The notes beneath the pieces were generated by a model. The model searched no databases. It saw only the letters and a list, made by a program, of their open reading frames with translations, and had not been told where the DNA came from. Shown one piece after another: positions 51,121 to 60,516 of a DNA stretch of 64,000 nucleotides. This stretch comes from an uncultured Actinomycetota bacterium (GTDB lineage: Bacteria; Actinomycetota; Actinomycetes; Propionibacteriales; Nocardioidaceae). The DNA is taken from assembly GCA_963782215.1 (NCBI GenBank), contig CAWAJE010000001.1:3943-67942 (forward strand). The letters are read 5' to 3'. Numbering within the stretch: the stretch's first letter is position 1; every line of letters begins with the position of its first letter. The position numbers were made by a program, and so were the translations under genes.

Positions 51121-52363
51121 CCCAGCCGCAGTCCCCGACCGGGCAGTGAGCGACCGGTCAGCGAGCGATAGGGCAGTGGGCGAGGGGGCCGGCTGCCGCT
51201 CGTGCGTGGTGTACGACGAGACGCTGACCGCCTACTCCTTCGGGCACGACCACCCGATGAACCCGATCCGGGTCGACCTGACGATGTCGCTGGCAGGACA
51301 GATCGGCGTGCTCGACCGGATCGCCGTGGTCCCCGCACCCGACGCCACCGAGGACGACCTGGTCACCGTGCACGACCCGGCCCTGATCGAGGCCGTGATG
51401 GCGGCCGGCGCCGACCCTCGCCGGGTCAACCCCGCGCTCGGGCTGGGCACGGACGACAACCCGACCTTCCCCAGGATGCACGAGGCCTCGCGGCACGTGG
51501 TGGGCGCCAGCATCGAGGCGGCCCGGCAGGTCTGGACCGGGGAGGTGACGCACGCGGCCAACATCGCCGGCGGGCTGCACCACGCGATGCCCGACCGGGC
51601 CAGCGGCTTCTGCGTCTACAACGACGTGGCGGTGGCGATCAAGTGGCTGCTGGCCAACGGGGCCCGCAAGGTCGCCTACGTCGACGTCGACGTCCACCAC
51701 GGTGACGGGGTCGAGCGGATCTTCTGGGACGACCCGCGCGTGCTGACGGTCTCCCTGCACGAGACCGGTCAGATGCTCTTCCCGGGCACCGGCTTCGCCA
51801 ACGACATCGGTGGTGAGGAGGCTCAGGGCTCCGCGGCCAACGTGGCGCTGCCTCCGGGCACCGGCGATGCCGGGTGGCTGCGCGCCTTCCACGCCGTGGT
51901 GCCGCCGCTGCTGCGCGAGTTCGAGCCGGACATCCTGGTCACCCAGCAGGGCTGCGACGGCCACCGGGACGACCCCCTGGCCCACCTGGCGATGACCGTG
52001 GACGGCCAGCGCGCCAGCTACCAGGCGCTGCACGCTCTCGCGCACGAGCTCTGCGAGGGCCGCTGGGTCGCCTACGGCGGCGGAGGGTACGCCGTGATCG
52101 ACGTGGTGCCACGCGCATGGACCCACCTGCTGGCCGTGCTGTCGGGCGCACCGCTCGATCCCGCCCTCGCGACGCCGGCGGAGTGGTGCGCCAAGGTCGG
52201 TGAGCGGTTCGGCGTCCGGGCGCCGTCGCGGATGACCGACGGCCGGGACCCGGCCTACCGCGACTGGTCGCAGGGCTACGACCCCGACACCTGGCTCGAC
52301 CGGGCGATCCAGTCGACCCGGGAGACGGTGTTCCCGTTCAACGGCCTCGATCCGCACCTCTAG
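51110..52363 (+). CDS. acuC: acetoin utilization protein AcuC (histone deacetylase family)
   Basis: HPM, GGLHHA, SGFCVYND, DVDVHHGDG, FPGTG, DPL, GGGY. Confidence 0.9.
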   Translation: MMTDPAAVPDRAVSDRSASDRAVGEGAGCRSCVVYDETLTAYSFGHDHPMNPIRVDLTMSLAGQIGVLDRIAVVPAPDATEDDLVTVHDPALIEAVMAAGADPRRVNPALGLGTDDNPTFPRMHEASRHVVGASIEAARQVWTGEVTHAANIAGGLHHAMPDRASGFCVYNDVAVAIKWLLANGARKVAYVDVDVHHGDGVERIFWDDPRVLTVSLHETGQMLFPGTGFANDIGGEEAQGSAANVALPPGTGDAGWLRAFHAVVPPLLREFEPDILVTQQGCDGHRDDPLAHLAMTVDGQRASYQALHALAHELCEGRWVAYGGGGYAVIDVVPRAWTHLLAVLSGAPLDPALATPAEWCAKVGERFGVRAPSRMTDGRDPAYRDWSQGYDPDTWLDRAIQSTRETVFPFNGLDPHL

Positions 52364-52617
52364 GGGCAGATCGTGCGCGGGGCGTCGGGCCGTTGACTCG
52401 ACCTCCGCAGGTCGGCCAGAGTGGCTCCAGGCCCAGCTCCTTTGACTCGCGGCTCTAGGCTGGGTTCTAGACCAGTCAAGTCAACACGCCGAGACCCCAC
52501 TGACCACTTTGGCGAATCTATGGCACATTGGTCACTTCTGGCCCTATATTTCTCCCAGCCTGCACGCGGGGTCTGTGACGGGGTCACAGGGCGTGCAAGA
52601 GAAAGAACGGTGCGCCC

Positions 52618-52824
52618 ATGGCCACGAACATCCCGGGAGACATCTCCGAGGTGAAGTTCCTGACGGTTGCCGAGGTCGCCTCGGTAATGCGTGTCTCCAA
52701 GATGACCGTCTACCGCCTCGTGCACTCCGGAGAGCTGCCCGCCGTGCGCGTCGGCCGTTCGTTCCGGGTGCGTGAGCCAGACGTCAACGAGTACCTCAAG
52801 GCGAGCTTCTACGACGCGGGGTAG
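52618..52824 (+). CDS. excisionase-like HTH DNA-binding protein (Rv0500A / BdtA-like)
   Basis: [38 protein letters not shown]; conserved position before bS22. Confidence 0.92.
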   Translation: MATNIPGDISEVKFLTVAEVASVMRVSKMTVYRLVHSGELPAVRVGRSFRVREPDVNEYLKASFYDAG

Positions 52825-52943
52825 TCACCTCGCGTGAGAGCGGTCACTCCCGATTCGTCTGTGCTGGGGGACCCCGATACGCTGTGCCCTTCAGGAGGGG
52901 ACCCGCCACTGGCGACCCCCATGCTCTCAACGATGGGTACGAC

Positions 52944-53045
52944 GTGGGTTCTGTCATCAAGAAGCGCCGCAAGCGCATGGCGAAGAAGAAGCACCGCAAG
53001 CTGCTGAAGAAGACGCGCGTCCAGCGTCGTCGTCTGGGCAAGTAA
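52944..53045 (+). CDS. 30S ribosomal protein bS22 (Rv0500B-like)
   Basis: Own translation: [33 protein letters not shown] (33 aa, below the ORF cutoff). Confidence 0.95.
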   Translation: MGSVIKKRRKRMAKKKHRKLLKKTRVQRRRLGK

Positions 53046-53062
53046 CCACGTCGGTCGCACCC

Positions 53063-54094
53063 ATGGGTCAGGTCGTACTCGTCACCGGTGTCGCCGGTGA
53101 CCTCGGGCGTCGCTTCGCGGCGCAGCTCGCGAGGTCCCCGCACGTCCAGCGCGTGATCGGTGTCGACGTACTACCTCCCCGTGGCGACCTCGGACACGCC
53201 GACTTCGTGCGTGCCGACATCCGCAACCCGGTGATCGCCAAGGTGATCGTCCGCGAGCGGGTGGACACCGTGGTGCACACCAGCGTCACCGCGACCGCGG
53301 CTGCCGCCGGCACGAGGAGCTCCATGAAAGAGCTCAACGTGATCGGCACGATGCAGCTGCTCGCGGCGTGCCAGCAGGCCCCCGACCTGCGCAAGCTGGT
53401 GGTCAGGTCGAGCGCTGCGGTCTACGGCGCCACCCACCGCGACCCGGCGATGTTCACCGAGGACATGGGTCCCAAGCGGCAGCTCGGCACCGGGTTCGCC
53501 AAGGACGTCACCGAGGTGGAGGCCTACACGCGCGGCTTCGCCCGTCGTCGCCCCGACGTCGAGGTGACCACACTGCGCTTCGCGCACGTGATCGGTCCCC
53601 AGGTGACGACGGCGATGACCGGGTACTTCCGGATGCCGGTGATCCCCACCGTGATCGGGTTCAACCCGCGGATGCAGTTCCTCCACGAGCGCGACGCCCT
53701 CGACGTGCTCGAGCACGCCGCCCTCGGCGAGGTCTCCGGGACCTACAACGTGGCCGGCGACGGGGTGGTCACCCTCGACCAGGCCGTACGCCGTCTCGGC
53801 CGGCCCAGCGTGCCGCTGCCCGCCTTCGCGATCTCCGCTTTCGGGTCGGCCACCGGGCAGGCCCGCAACGTCGACTTCTCCCGCGAGCAGATCGCGTTCC
53901 TCACCTACGGGCGCGGGCTCGAGACCGTCCGGATGCGCGAGATGCTGGGCTTCAGGCCGCGCTTCACCACCGCCGAGGCGTTCGCCGACTTCGCCGCCTC
54001 GATGGCGCCGGGCATGCTGCGTCCCGAACGGGTCCGGGCCGCCGAGACCGCCGTACTCGCGGCGCTGACCACAGGGGGGCGCTCCGATGGGTGA
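53063..54094 (+). CDS. NAD-dependent epimerase/dehydratase family protein (Rv0501-like)
   Basis: VLVTGVAGDLG, VRADIRNP, NVIGTMQL, SSAAVYG. Confidence 0.9.
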   Translation: MGQVVLVTGVAGDLGRRFAAQLARSPHVQRVIGVDVLPPRGDLGHADFVRADIRNPVIAKVIVRERVDTVVHTSVTATAAAAGTRSSMKELNVIGTMQLLAACQQAPDLRKLVVRSSAAVYGATHRDPAMFTEDMGPKRQLGTGFAKDVTEVEAYTRGFARRRPDVEVTTLRFAHVIGPQVTTAMTGYFRMPVIPTVIGFNPRMQFLHERDALDVLEHAALGEVSGTYNVAGDGVVTLDQAVRRLGRPSVPLPAFAISAFGSATGQARNVDFSREQIAFLTYGRGLETVRMREMLGFRPRFTTAEAFADFAASMAPGMLRPERVRAAETAVLAALTTGGRSDG

Positions 54095-55263
54095 CGCCGA
54101 GGTGATCCCGATCGGCACCCGTGGGACGCCGGGCCGCGGGACCGGTGAGGGCAAGCCCTCCTCGAAGAGCCGCAGCCTCGCCGGTTCCACCCGACCCGCG
54201 GCGTCCGCCGCCCGGGAGCCCGACGTGTGCGTTCCTGCCCAGAAGCAGTCGGCCACGAAGGCCGTGCGGCCGAAACCGGGACCCAAGCAGGCTGCAGGCA
54301 CCGGTCCCGGCTCCCGATCGGGCGCCCGACCGTGCACCGGTCACCGCCGAGCACCGCCACCCCGGGCCGGGCATCCCCCCGCTGGAGTGGCTGGGTGCGT
54401 TCACCTCCGCGTCGAAGGAGCTCTTCGGGGACAACTGGGAGCCCAGGCTCGCCGAGATCCTCGCCTTCCTGCGCCGCCGGCTCACCGGTGAGTACGCCGT
54501 GGACGACTACGGCTTCGACCGCGAGGTCACCGAGAAGTTCCTCTACACCGCGCTGCGACCGCTCGCGCAGAAGTGGTTCCGCGTCGAGGTCAGCGGGGTG
54601 GAGAACATCCCCGTGGTCGGCGGAGCGCTCGTGGTCTCCAACCACTCCGGCACCGTGCCCATGGACGGTCTGATGACCGGGGTCACGATCCACGACCACA
54701 CCGGTCGCTTCCTGCGCCCGCTCGGCGCCGACCTGGTCTTCAGCCTGCCGGTGGTCAGCGGCCTGGCCCGCCGCGGCGGTGCCACCCTGGCCTGCAACGA
54801 GGACGCCGAGCGGATGCTGCGCGACGGCGAGCTCGTCGGGGTCTGGCCCGAGGGCTTCAAGGGGATCGGCAAGCCGTTCGGCGAGCGGTACAAGCTCCAG
54901 CGGTTCGGTCGCGGTGGCTTCGTCTCGGCGGCCATCCGCACCGGCGTACCCATCATCCCGACCTCGGTGGTCGGCGCCGAGGAGATCTACCCGCTCGTGG
55001 GCAACATCCCCTCGCTCGCGCGCCTGCTGGGCATCCCCTACATCCCGATCACCCCGCTGTTCCCGCTGCTGGGCCCGCTCGGCCTGGTGCCGCTGCCCTC
55101 GAAGTGGCTGATCGAGTTCGGTGAGCCGATCCGCACCGACGACTACGAGCCCGGCGCGGCCGAGGACCCGATGCTGGTCTTCAACGTGACCGATCAGGTC
55201 CGCGAGTCGATCCAGCAGACCCTCTACACGCTGCTGATGCGCCGCAAGTCCGTCTTCGGCTGA
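54087..55263 (+). CDS. lysophospholipid acyltransferase (Rv0502-like), apparent +1 frameshift in the low-complexity N-terminus
   Basis: MGDAEVIPIG start is in one frame; the catalytic part (DDYGFD, NHSG..D, WPEG, FGRGGFV) is in the 54121 frame; span 1177 nt = 3n+1. Confidence 0.82.
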
Positions 55264-55322
55264 ACGGCCCGCCCCCTGGTCGCCCGCGCCCAGTCGCGGG
55301 GCAGGTCAGATCGGGAGCTCGA

Positions 55323-56531
55323 TCAGGGGAGCAGCTTGTCGGTGAGGCCGCCGACGGTGTCCTCCAGGTCGTCGACGGTCCCGCCGACGACGTCCTCGGG
55401 CGCGCTCTTCGCGGGGTCCTCGGACTTGGAGGATCCGGGCAGGCCCTTGACGCTGCTGGTCACCCCGGTGAGGAGGTCCTTGATGGCCACGTCGGCGCCA
55501 CGGCTGGGCAGCAGCTTGCCCTCTTCGTCGATGGTGCCGCGCACGGGCCGGGCGGTGTCCTGCTCCGGACCGGAGCCGGCCCTGTCCGGTGCCGGGGCGC
55601 TCGGAGTGCGACCGGCTGCCTCCTCCGCAGCAGCCTGCAGCGCCGCGACCTCGTCGGTGTCCAGGACCTCCTGCACACGGGCGAGCGGGCTGGTGAGCAG
55701 GCTCTCGAAGTCGGCGGCGGCAGCGCCGGCGGTGAGCCCGCTCGGCGGAGCGACCGGTGCGGCCGGACCGCAGGTGCGGCACAGCACGCGGGCTGCCTGG
55801 TCGATGTCGGCGAGCGTGTCGGCGGCCTCGACCAGGGCGGGACCGGTTGCGGCGTCGGAGCCGACACTCATCCGGCCGAGCTCGGTCATCTGCTGGGCGG
55901 CGAACTCGCGCACCGCGGTGATGTCGGTGGGGTCGCCCTCACGCTGGTAGCTGACGAAGAGCTTGTCCGAGCCGGAGTCGGCGGCGCTGTTGAAGGCGTC
56001 CACGGTGCGCGTCACCAGAGCGGGGTCGGCGCCGGAGGCGACCAGCTCGCCGACCTCGGCCAGCCGCGTCTCGGCCTGGCTGAGGAGCAGGCGACCCTTG
56101 CTGGCCTCGTTGAGGCGCAGCGCGGCGTTGAGCTTCTCGCCACCGCGCTTGATCGGGTAGAGCGAGTCGCCGGGAAGCGCGCCGGACGCCGCCGCGGCCA
56201 TGCCGGCACTGCCGCCGAGGATGACCAGCGAGGCCGCCACCGAACCGAGGCGGCGCTGACGGGTGTGCGAGAGGTGAGTGGTGCGCGTGCGCACCGCGGC
56301 CAGGTGCGGCCCGGACGGTACGGCGACCAGCTCGGTCCGCGCGGCGAGCATCAGCCGTTCCCGGAGGTCGTCGACGAACTCGACCCGAGGCGTGACCTCG
56401 GGGCGGGTGCGCAGGACCTCGACGGTCGACAGCAGCCCGGCATGACGCTCGGCCACGGCCGGCGCGGCGGTGCCAGCGAGGACGCTGTCGAACTCCTCGG
56501 CTGCCCGCATCGCGGGGAAGAGCGAAGTCAT
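55323..56531 (-). CDS. DUF5667 membrane protein, RsbN-like anti-sigma factor
   Basis: N-terminal cytoplasmic domain, TM, ALPGDSLYPIKR motif; directly downstream of the BldN-like sigma. Confidence 0.8.
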   Translation of the reverse strand: MTSLFPAMRAAEEFDSVLAGTAAPAVAERHAGLLSTVEVLRTRPEVTPRVEFVDDLRERLMLAARTELVAVPSGPHLAAVRTRTTHLSHTRQRRLGSVAASLVILGGSAGMAAAASGALPGDSLYPIKRGGEKLNAALRLNEASKGRLLLSQAETRLAEVGELVASGADPALVTRTVDAFNSAADSGSDKLFVSYQREGDPTDITAVREFAAQQMTELGRMSVGSDAATGPALVEAADTLADIDQAARVLCRTCGPAAPVAPPSGLTAGAAAADFESLLTSPLARVQEVLDTDEVAALQAAAEEAAGRTPSAPAPDRAGSGPEQDTARPVRGTIDEEGKLLPSRGADVAIKDLLTGVTSSVKGLPGSSKSEDPAKSAPEDVVGGTVDDLEDTVGGLTDKLLP

Positions 56532-56613
56532 CGGCGTTTTCCTGAAGTGTGGTGGGACGTGCGCACCGAGATCACGAGAGGTGGACGATCAGCGGAGCAC
56601 CTTGACACCCACT

Positions 56614-56642
56614 CCAACGACGGGGTGGTCGGGAAGGTTATG
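56614..56642 (-). promoter_or_regulatory. sigma-BldN-type promoter for the anti-sigma gene
   Basis: CATAAC-N17-CGTTGG versus Streptomyces BldN-type CGTAAC...CGTTGA. Confidence 0.55.
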
Positions 56643-56682
56643 GCTGTTTGCGAGAGGTCCGTCACGTATTGCCGGGAGGCGG

Positions 56683-57462
56683 TCATGAGCCCATCCCCTC
56701 GGGCAGGAGCTTGGCCAGATTGCGCACCCCGCGCAGCTGCAGCTGCTTGACGGCACCGGCGCTGCGACCGAGCAGGTCCGCGGTCTCGGCGATGGAGAGA
56801 CCCTGCAGGAAGCGCATCACCAGGCACTCGCGCTGCTCGGCCGGGAGGCTGTCGAGCGCCTCGAGGAGGGCCTCGTTGGTCAGCGACGCCAGGACCGCGC
56901 CCTCGGGACCCTCGGTGGTGGTGTCGAGCGTGGTCATGTCCTCGGTGGTCTGCTCCAGGCGGGTGCGCCCGGCCTTGAAGTGGTCGGTCGTGAGGTTGCG
57001 CGCGATGGTCATCAGCCAGGCGCCGAAGTCCTTGCCCTGCCACCGGAACGAGCTCATGCTGCGCAGCGCGCGGAAGAAGGTCTCGGCAGTCAGGTCCTCG
57101 GCCAACGGCACCGAGCCGACCCGGTAGTAGAGGAACCGGTAGACGCTCGCGTTGTAGTGGTCGTAGAGCTGGCCGAACGCCTCGGCGTCCCCGACCCGGG
57201 CGAGCTCGACCAGGGCGATCAGCCGGCTGCCCTCCGCCTCGTCCTCGAGCGAGGAGGTCGCGAAGGCCGAGTCGTCGGGTCGGCCGCCGGAGAGATCCGA
57301 CTCGAGCCGGGTGGGGCGCTCGCTGGTCTGGGTCAGCAACCACGACGTACGGGGGGCGTCTGAGCCGGTGGGTGCGGTGGCGAGGGCGAGCTCGGGTCCG
57401 ATCAGCTGCACCAAGGCATGACGCAGTGCGTCCAGACCCCTGTGCCATCCCTGTTCGCCCAT
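56683..57462 (-). CDS. ECF sigma factor, BldN/AdsA-like, with N-terminal extension
   Basis: GDAEAFGQLYDHY, AEDLTAETFFRALR, FRWQGKDFGAWLMTIARN, GLSIAETA; Streptomyces bldN synteny. Confidence 0.9.
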   Translation of the reverse strand: MGEQGWHRGLDALRHALVQLIGPELALATAPTGSDAPRTSWLLTQTSERPTRLESDLSGGRPDDSAFATSSLEDEAEGSRLIALVELARVGDAEAFGQLYDHYNASVYRFLYYRVGSVPLAEDLTAETFFRALRSMSSFRWQGKDFGAWLMTIARNLTTDHFKAGRTRLEQTTEDMTTLDTTTEGPEGAVLASLTNEALLEALDSLPAEQRECLVMRFLQGLSIAETADLLGRSAGAVKQLQLRGVRNLAKLLPEGMGS

Positions 57463-57583
57463 ACGCCTGCGCCGACGACCGTCGGCTCCTCCCCCTAGAT
57501 CGTTTCCATGGTAGGGGTGAGATGCGCCCTTGTGAACCAAATCGTGAGGTTGACCACGTTTGGCGGAGGGGGCTCGGGGAACC

Positions 57584-58492
57584 TCAGACGACCCGTTTTC
57601 GGATCGCCACTCCGGCGGCCACGGTGCCCACCGCAGCGCCCGCCACGGCGGCGGTGAACATGCCCGCCCGGGCGGCCTTGCGGCCGCTGCGGTAGTCGCG
57701 GACGCGCCAGCCCTGCTGCCGGGCGTACTCCCGCAACCGGGAGTCGGGGTTGATCGCGCACGGGTCCCCGACCTCGTTGAGCATCGGCAGGTCGTTGTAG
57801 GAGTCGGAGTACGCCGAGCAGCGGGACAGGTCGAGGTCGAAGCGCTCGGCGAGCTCACGCACCGCCACCGCCTTCGCCGAGCCGTGCAGCATCTCGCCGA
57901 CCAGTGCTCCGGTGTAGACGCCGTCGACGTGCTCGGAGACCGTGCCCAGGGCGCCGGTCAGCCCGAGCCGGCGAGCAATGATCGTGGCGATCTCGATCGG
58001 CGCCGCCGTCACCAGCCACACCCGCTGTCCCTGGTCGAGGTGGAGCTGGGCCAGCGCCCGGGTTCCCGGCCAGATCCGGTGAGCCATCCGCTCGTCGAAG
58101 ATCTCCTCGCCGAGCGACTCCAGCTCCTCGACGGTGTGTCCGGCGATGAAGGAGAGTGCGGAGGCCCGGGCCTCGGCCACGTGCTCGGGGTCCTCGACCC
58201 CGACGACCCGGAAGTAGGCCTGCTTCCAGGCGGCGCCGAGGATGTCCTTGGTGGTGAAGAACTCGCGCTTGTGCAGCCCCCGGGCGAGATGGAAGATCGA
58301 CGCCCCCTGCATCACGGTGTTGTCGACGTCGAAGAACGCGGCCACGTGCGGATCGGCTGCGATGTCGAGTGCGCTCTCCACCTCGGCGATGGCAGCCGCG
58401 GCCTCGCCGGCCAGCTGCGAGCGCCGCCGCAGGTCGGGCGCCCGCGGCGGAGTCCTGCGTCCCGGCTTCCTGGCAGTCGGGGGTGGGGTCAC
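57584..58492 (-). CDS. HAD-IB family hydrolase (SerB1/Rv0505c-like)
   Basis: AAFFDVDNT, LVTA, K, AYSDSYND. Confidence 0.92.
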   Translation of the reverse strand: MTPPPTARKPGRRTPPRAPDLRRRSQLAGEAAAAIAEVESALDIAADPHVAAFFDVDNTVMQGASIFHLARGLHKREFFTTKDILGAAWKQAYFRVVGVEDPEHVAEARASALSFIAGHTVEELESLGEEIFDERMAHRIWPGTRALAQLHLDQGQRVWLVTAAPIEIATIIARRLGLTGALGTVSEHVDGVYTGALVGEMLHGSAKAVAVRELAERFDLDLSRCSAYSDSYNDLPMLNEVGDPCAINPDSRLREYARQQGWRVRDYRSGRKAARAGMFTAAVAGAAVGTVAAGVAIRKRVV

Positions 58493-58543
58493 GCGGACAG
58501 CCTATGCCGCAGCGGGACGCCTCGGATGTGGGAGACTCGCCCG

Positions 58544-60124
58544 ATGGACTCCAACGTCGCCGGGCTGCTGACCCGCGCCGCGGCGCAGGAGGCCGACCGG
58601 ATCGCCCTCACCGAGGCAGCGTCCGGCAGGACCGCCACCTGGAGCGAGCTCGACGAGCTGGCCGACCGGGTGGTGCAGGGACTCTCGGACGCCGGCATGG
58701 TCGCCGGCTACCGGGTGATGGTCGCGACCGGCAACTCGATCGAGTTCGTGGCCGCCTACTTCGGTGCCCTGCGGGCCGGGATGGTGGTGGTGCCGGTCAA
58801 CCCGCGCAGCGCCACCGGCGAGCTGATCCGGATGCTTGCCGACTCCGGCACCCGGATGGTGATCGCCGACCAGATCACGATCTCCTCGGTCCGCGCCGCC
58901 GTGGGTGGCCTGGGCGAGGCGATGGCCGCCTCCGGGCACGAGCCCGCCGCCCGGCCCCGCATCGTCTCCGTCGGGACCACGCTCGAGCCCGGTGAGCGCT
59001 CCTGGGACCAGCTCGTGGCCAACCGCGCCCGGCTGACCCCCTCCCGCCGGGACCCCGAGAGCATCGCGGTGCTGCTCTACACGAGCGGTACGTCGGGGCG
59101 CCCGCGCGCCGCGATGCTCTCGCACCGGGCGCTGCTGGCCAACGTCGAGCAGGTCGCCCAGGTCGATCCCCCGATGATCACCGGTCGCGACGTCGTGCTC
59201 GGGGTGCTCCCGATGTTCCACGTCTACGGCCTGAACGCCGTGCTGGGCCAGGTCGTGCGCCAGCAGGCCCGGATGGTGCTGGTCAACGGCTTCGACGCCG
59301 AGGGCTCGCTCGACCTGATCGAGGACGAGGCGATCTCGGTGGTCCCGGTGGCCCCGCCGGTGTTCGCCTACTGGATGCAGGTCGCAGGTCTCGAGGACCG
59401 TCTCGGACCGGTCCGGCTGGTCCTCAGCGGCTCAGCTCCGCTGGATCCCGACCTCACGGCCGCCTTCTCCCGGCGTACGAACGTCGCGATCCACCAGGGC
59501 TACGGCCTCACCGAGGCCGCGCCGGTCGTGACCTCGACGCTGTGCAGCAAGGTGCCCAACCCCCGATCGGTCGGGGCCGCGATCCCCGGCATCGAGGTGC
59601 GACTGGTCGACGACCACGGCCGCACCCCCCTTGACGAGGACGCGGGCGAGATCCACGTCCGCGGCGAGAACATGTTCTCCGGCTACTGGCCCGACGGCGC
59701 CGACGGACCGGACCCGGACGGGTGGTGGCCGACCGGCGACGTGGGCTACCTCGACCCCACCGGTGACCTCTACCTCGTCGACCGGCTCAAGGAGCTGGTG
59801 ATCGTCTCCGGCTTCAACGTCTACCCCAGCGAGGTCGAGGAGGTGATCGGCGAGCTCCCCGAGGTCGCCGGGGCCGCCGTGATCGGCGTCGACGACGCGC
59901 GCACGGGTGAGGCGGTCGTCGCCTTCGTCGTACCCACGGCCGCCGGGGCCAGCGACGCCCTGGTCGACGTGGTCCGCGCCCACTGCGAGCTGCGGCTGGC
60001 GCGGTTCAAGCAGCCCTCGGTCGTGCACGTGGTGGAGCAGCTTCCCCTGACCGGCACGGGCAAGGTGCAGAAGGGCCGGCTGCGCGCGACCGAGCGCCGC
60101 CGCGCCCTGGGCCTGCTGGAGTGA
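58544..60124 (+). CDS. AMP-binding long-chain acyl-CoA synthetase
   Basis: YTSGTSGRPR, PMFHVYG, GYGLTE, TGDVG, GKVQK. Confidence 0.92.
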   Translation: MDSNVAGLLTRAAAQEADRIALTEAASGRTATWSELDELADRVVQGLSDAGMVAGYRVMVATGNSIEFVAAYFGALRAGMVVVPVNPRSATGELIRMLADSGTRMVIADQITISSVRAAVGGLGEAMAASGHEPAARPRIVSVGTTLEPGERSWDQLVANRARLTPSRRDPESIAVLLYTSGTSGRPRAAMLSHRALLANVEQVAQVDPPMITGRDVVLGVLPMFHVYGLNAVLGQVVRQQARMVLVNGFDAEGSLDLIEDEAISVVPVAPPVFAYWMQVAGLEDRLGPVRLVLSGSAPLDPDLTAAFSRRTNVAIHQGYGLTEAAPVVTSTLCSKVPNPRSVGAAIPGIEVRLVDDHGRTPLDEDAGEIHVRGENMFSGYWPDGADGPDPDGWWPTGDVGYLDPTGDLYLVDRLKELVIVSGFNVYPSEVEEVIGELPEVAGAAVIGVDDARTGEAVVAFVVPTAAGASDALVDVVRAHCELRLARFKQPSVVHVVEQLPLTGTGKVQKGRLRATERRRALGLLE

Positions 60125-60134
60125 GTGCCCGGCG

Positions 60135-60371
60135 ATGAGCCCACGTGTCCGTCTCTACGCCAAGCCCGGCTGCCACCTGTGTGACGACGCTCGCGCCGTG
60201 ATCACCCGGGTCTGCGCCGAGGTCGGCACCGAGTTCGAGGAGGTCGACATCACCGGCTCGCCCGAGCTGATGGAGGCCTACGGCGAACAGATCCCGGTGA
60301 CCTTCGTGGACGGTCGGCAGCACGACTTCTGGCGCGTGGACGAGGCCCGGCTGCGCTCCTGCCTGGGCTGA
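60135..60371 (+). CDS. glutaredoxin-like protein (DUF836)
   Basis: KPGCHLC, IPVTFVDG; conserved before rex. Confidence 0.9.
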   Translation: MSPRVRLYAKPGCHLCDDARAVITRVCAEVGTEFEEVDITGSPELMEAYGEQIPVTFVDGRQHDFWRVDEARLRSCLG

Positions 60372-60409
60372 GCAGCACCCCCGAGCCCCGTAGGTCGGGG
60401 CCCCGGTGG

Positions 60410-60427
60410 AGGTGACACATGTCACCT
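60410..60427. promoter_or_regulatory. perfect 18-bp palindrome, CRP/GlxR-like site
   Basis: AGGTGACACATGTCACCT (GTGA-N6-TCAC). Confidence 0.55.
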
Positions 60428-60452
60428 GTGCTAGCCGAGAGCCCCGCTCGGT

Positions 60453-60470
60453 TTGTTCGCACGTTCACAA
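60453..60470 (+). promoter_or_regulatory. Rex operator (ROP)
   Basis: TTGTTCG-CACG-TTCACAA versus consensus TTGTGAA-N4-TTCACAA, upstream of rex. Confidence 0.7.
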
Positions 60471-60516
60471 ACTCCTACAGTGACGAGGATCCCCACGTCT
60501 GGAGAGTGTCAGCGCA

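Noticed and set aside
52618-52824. Excisionase as evidence of a prophage or ICE
   Set aside because: Conserved chromosomal Rv0500A-type gene in core synteny; no integrase or att site nearby
57530-57548. TTGTGAA half-site upstream of the BldN-like sigma as a Rex operator
   Set aside because: The second half-site does not match TTCACAA
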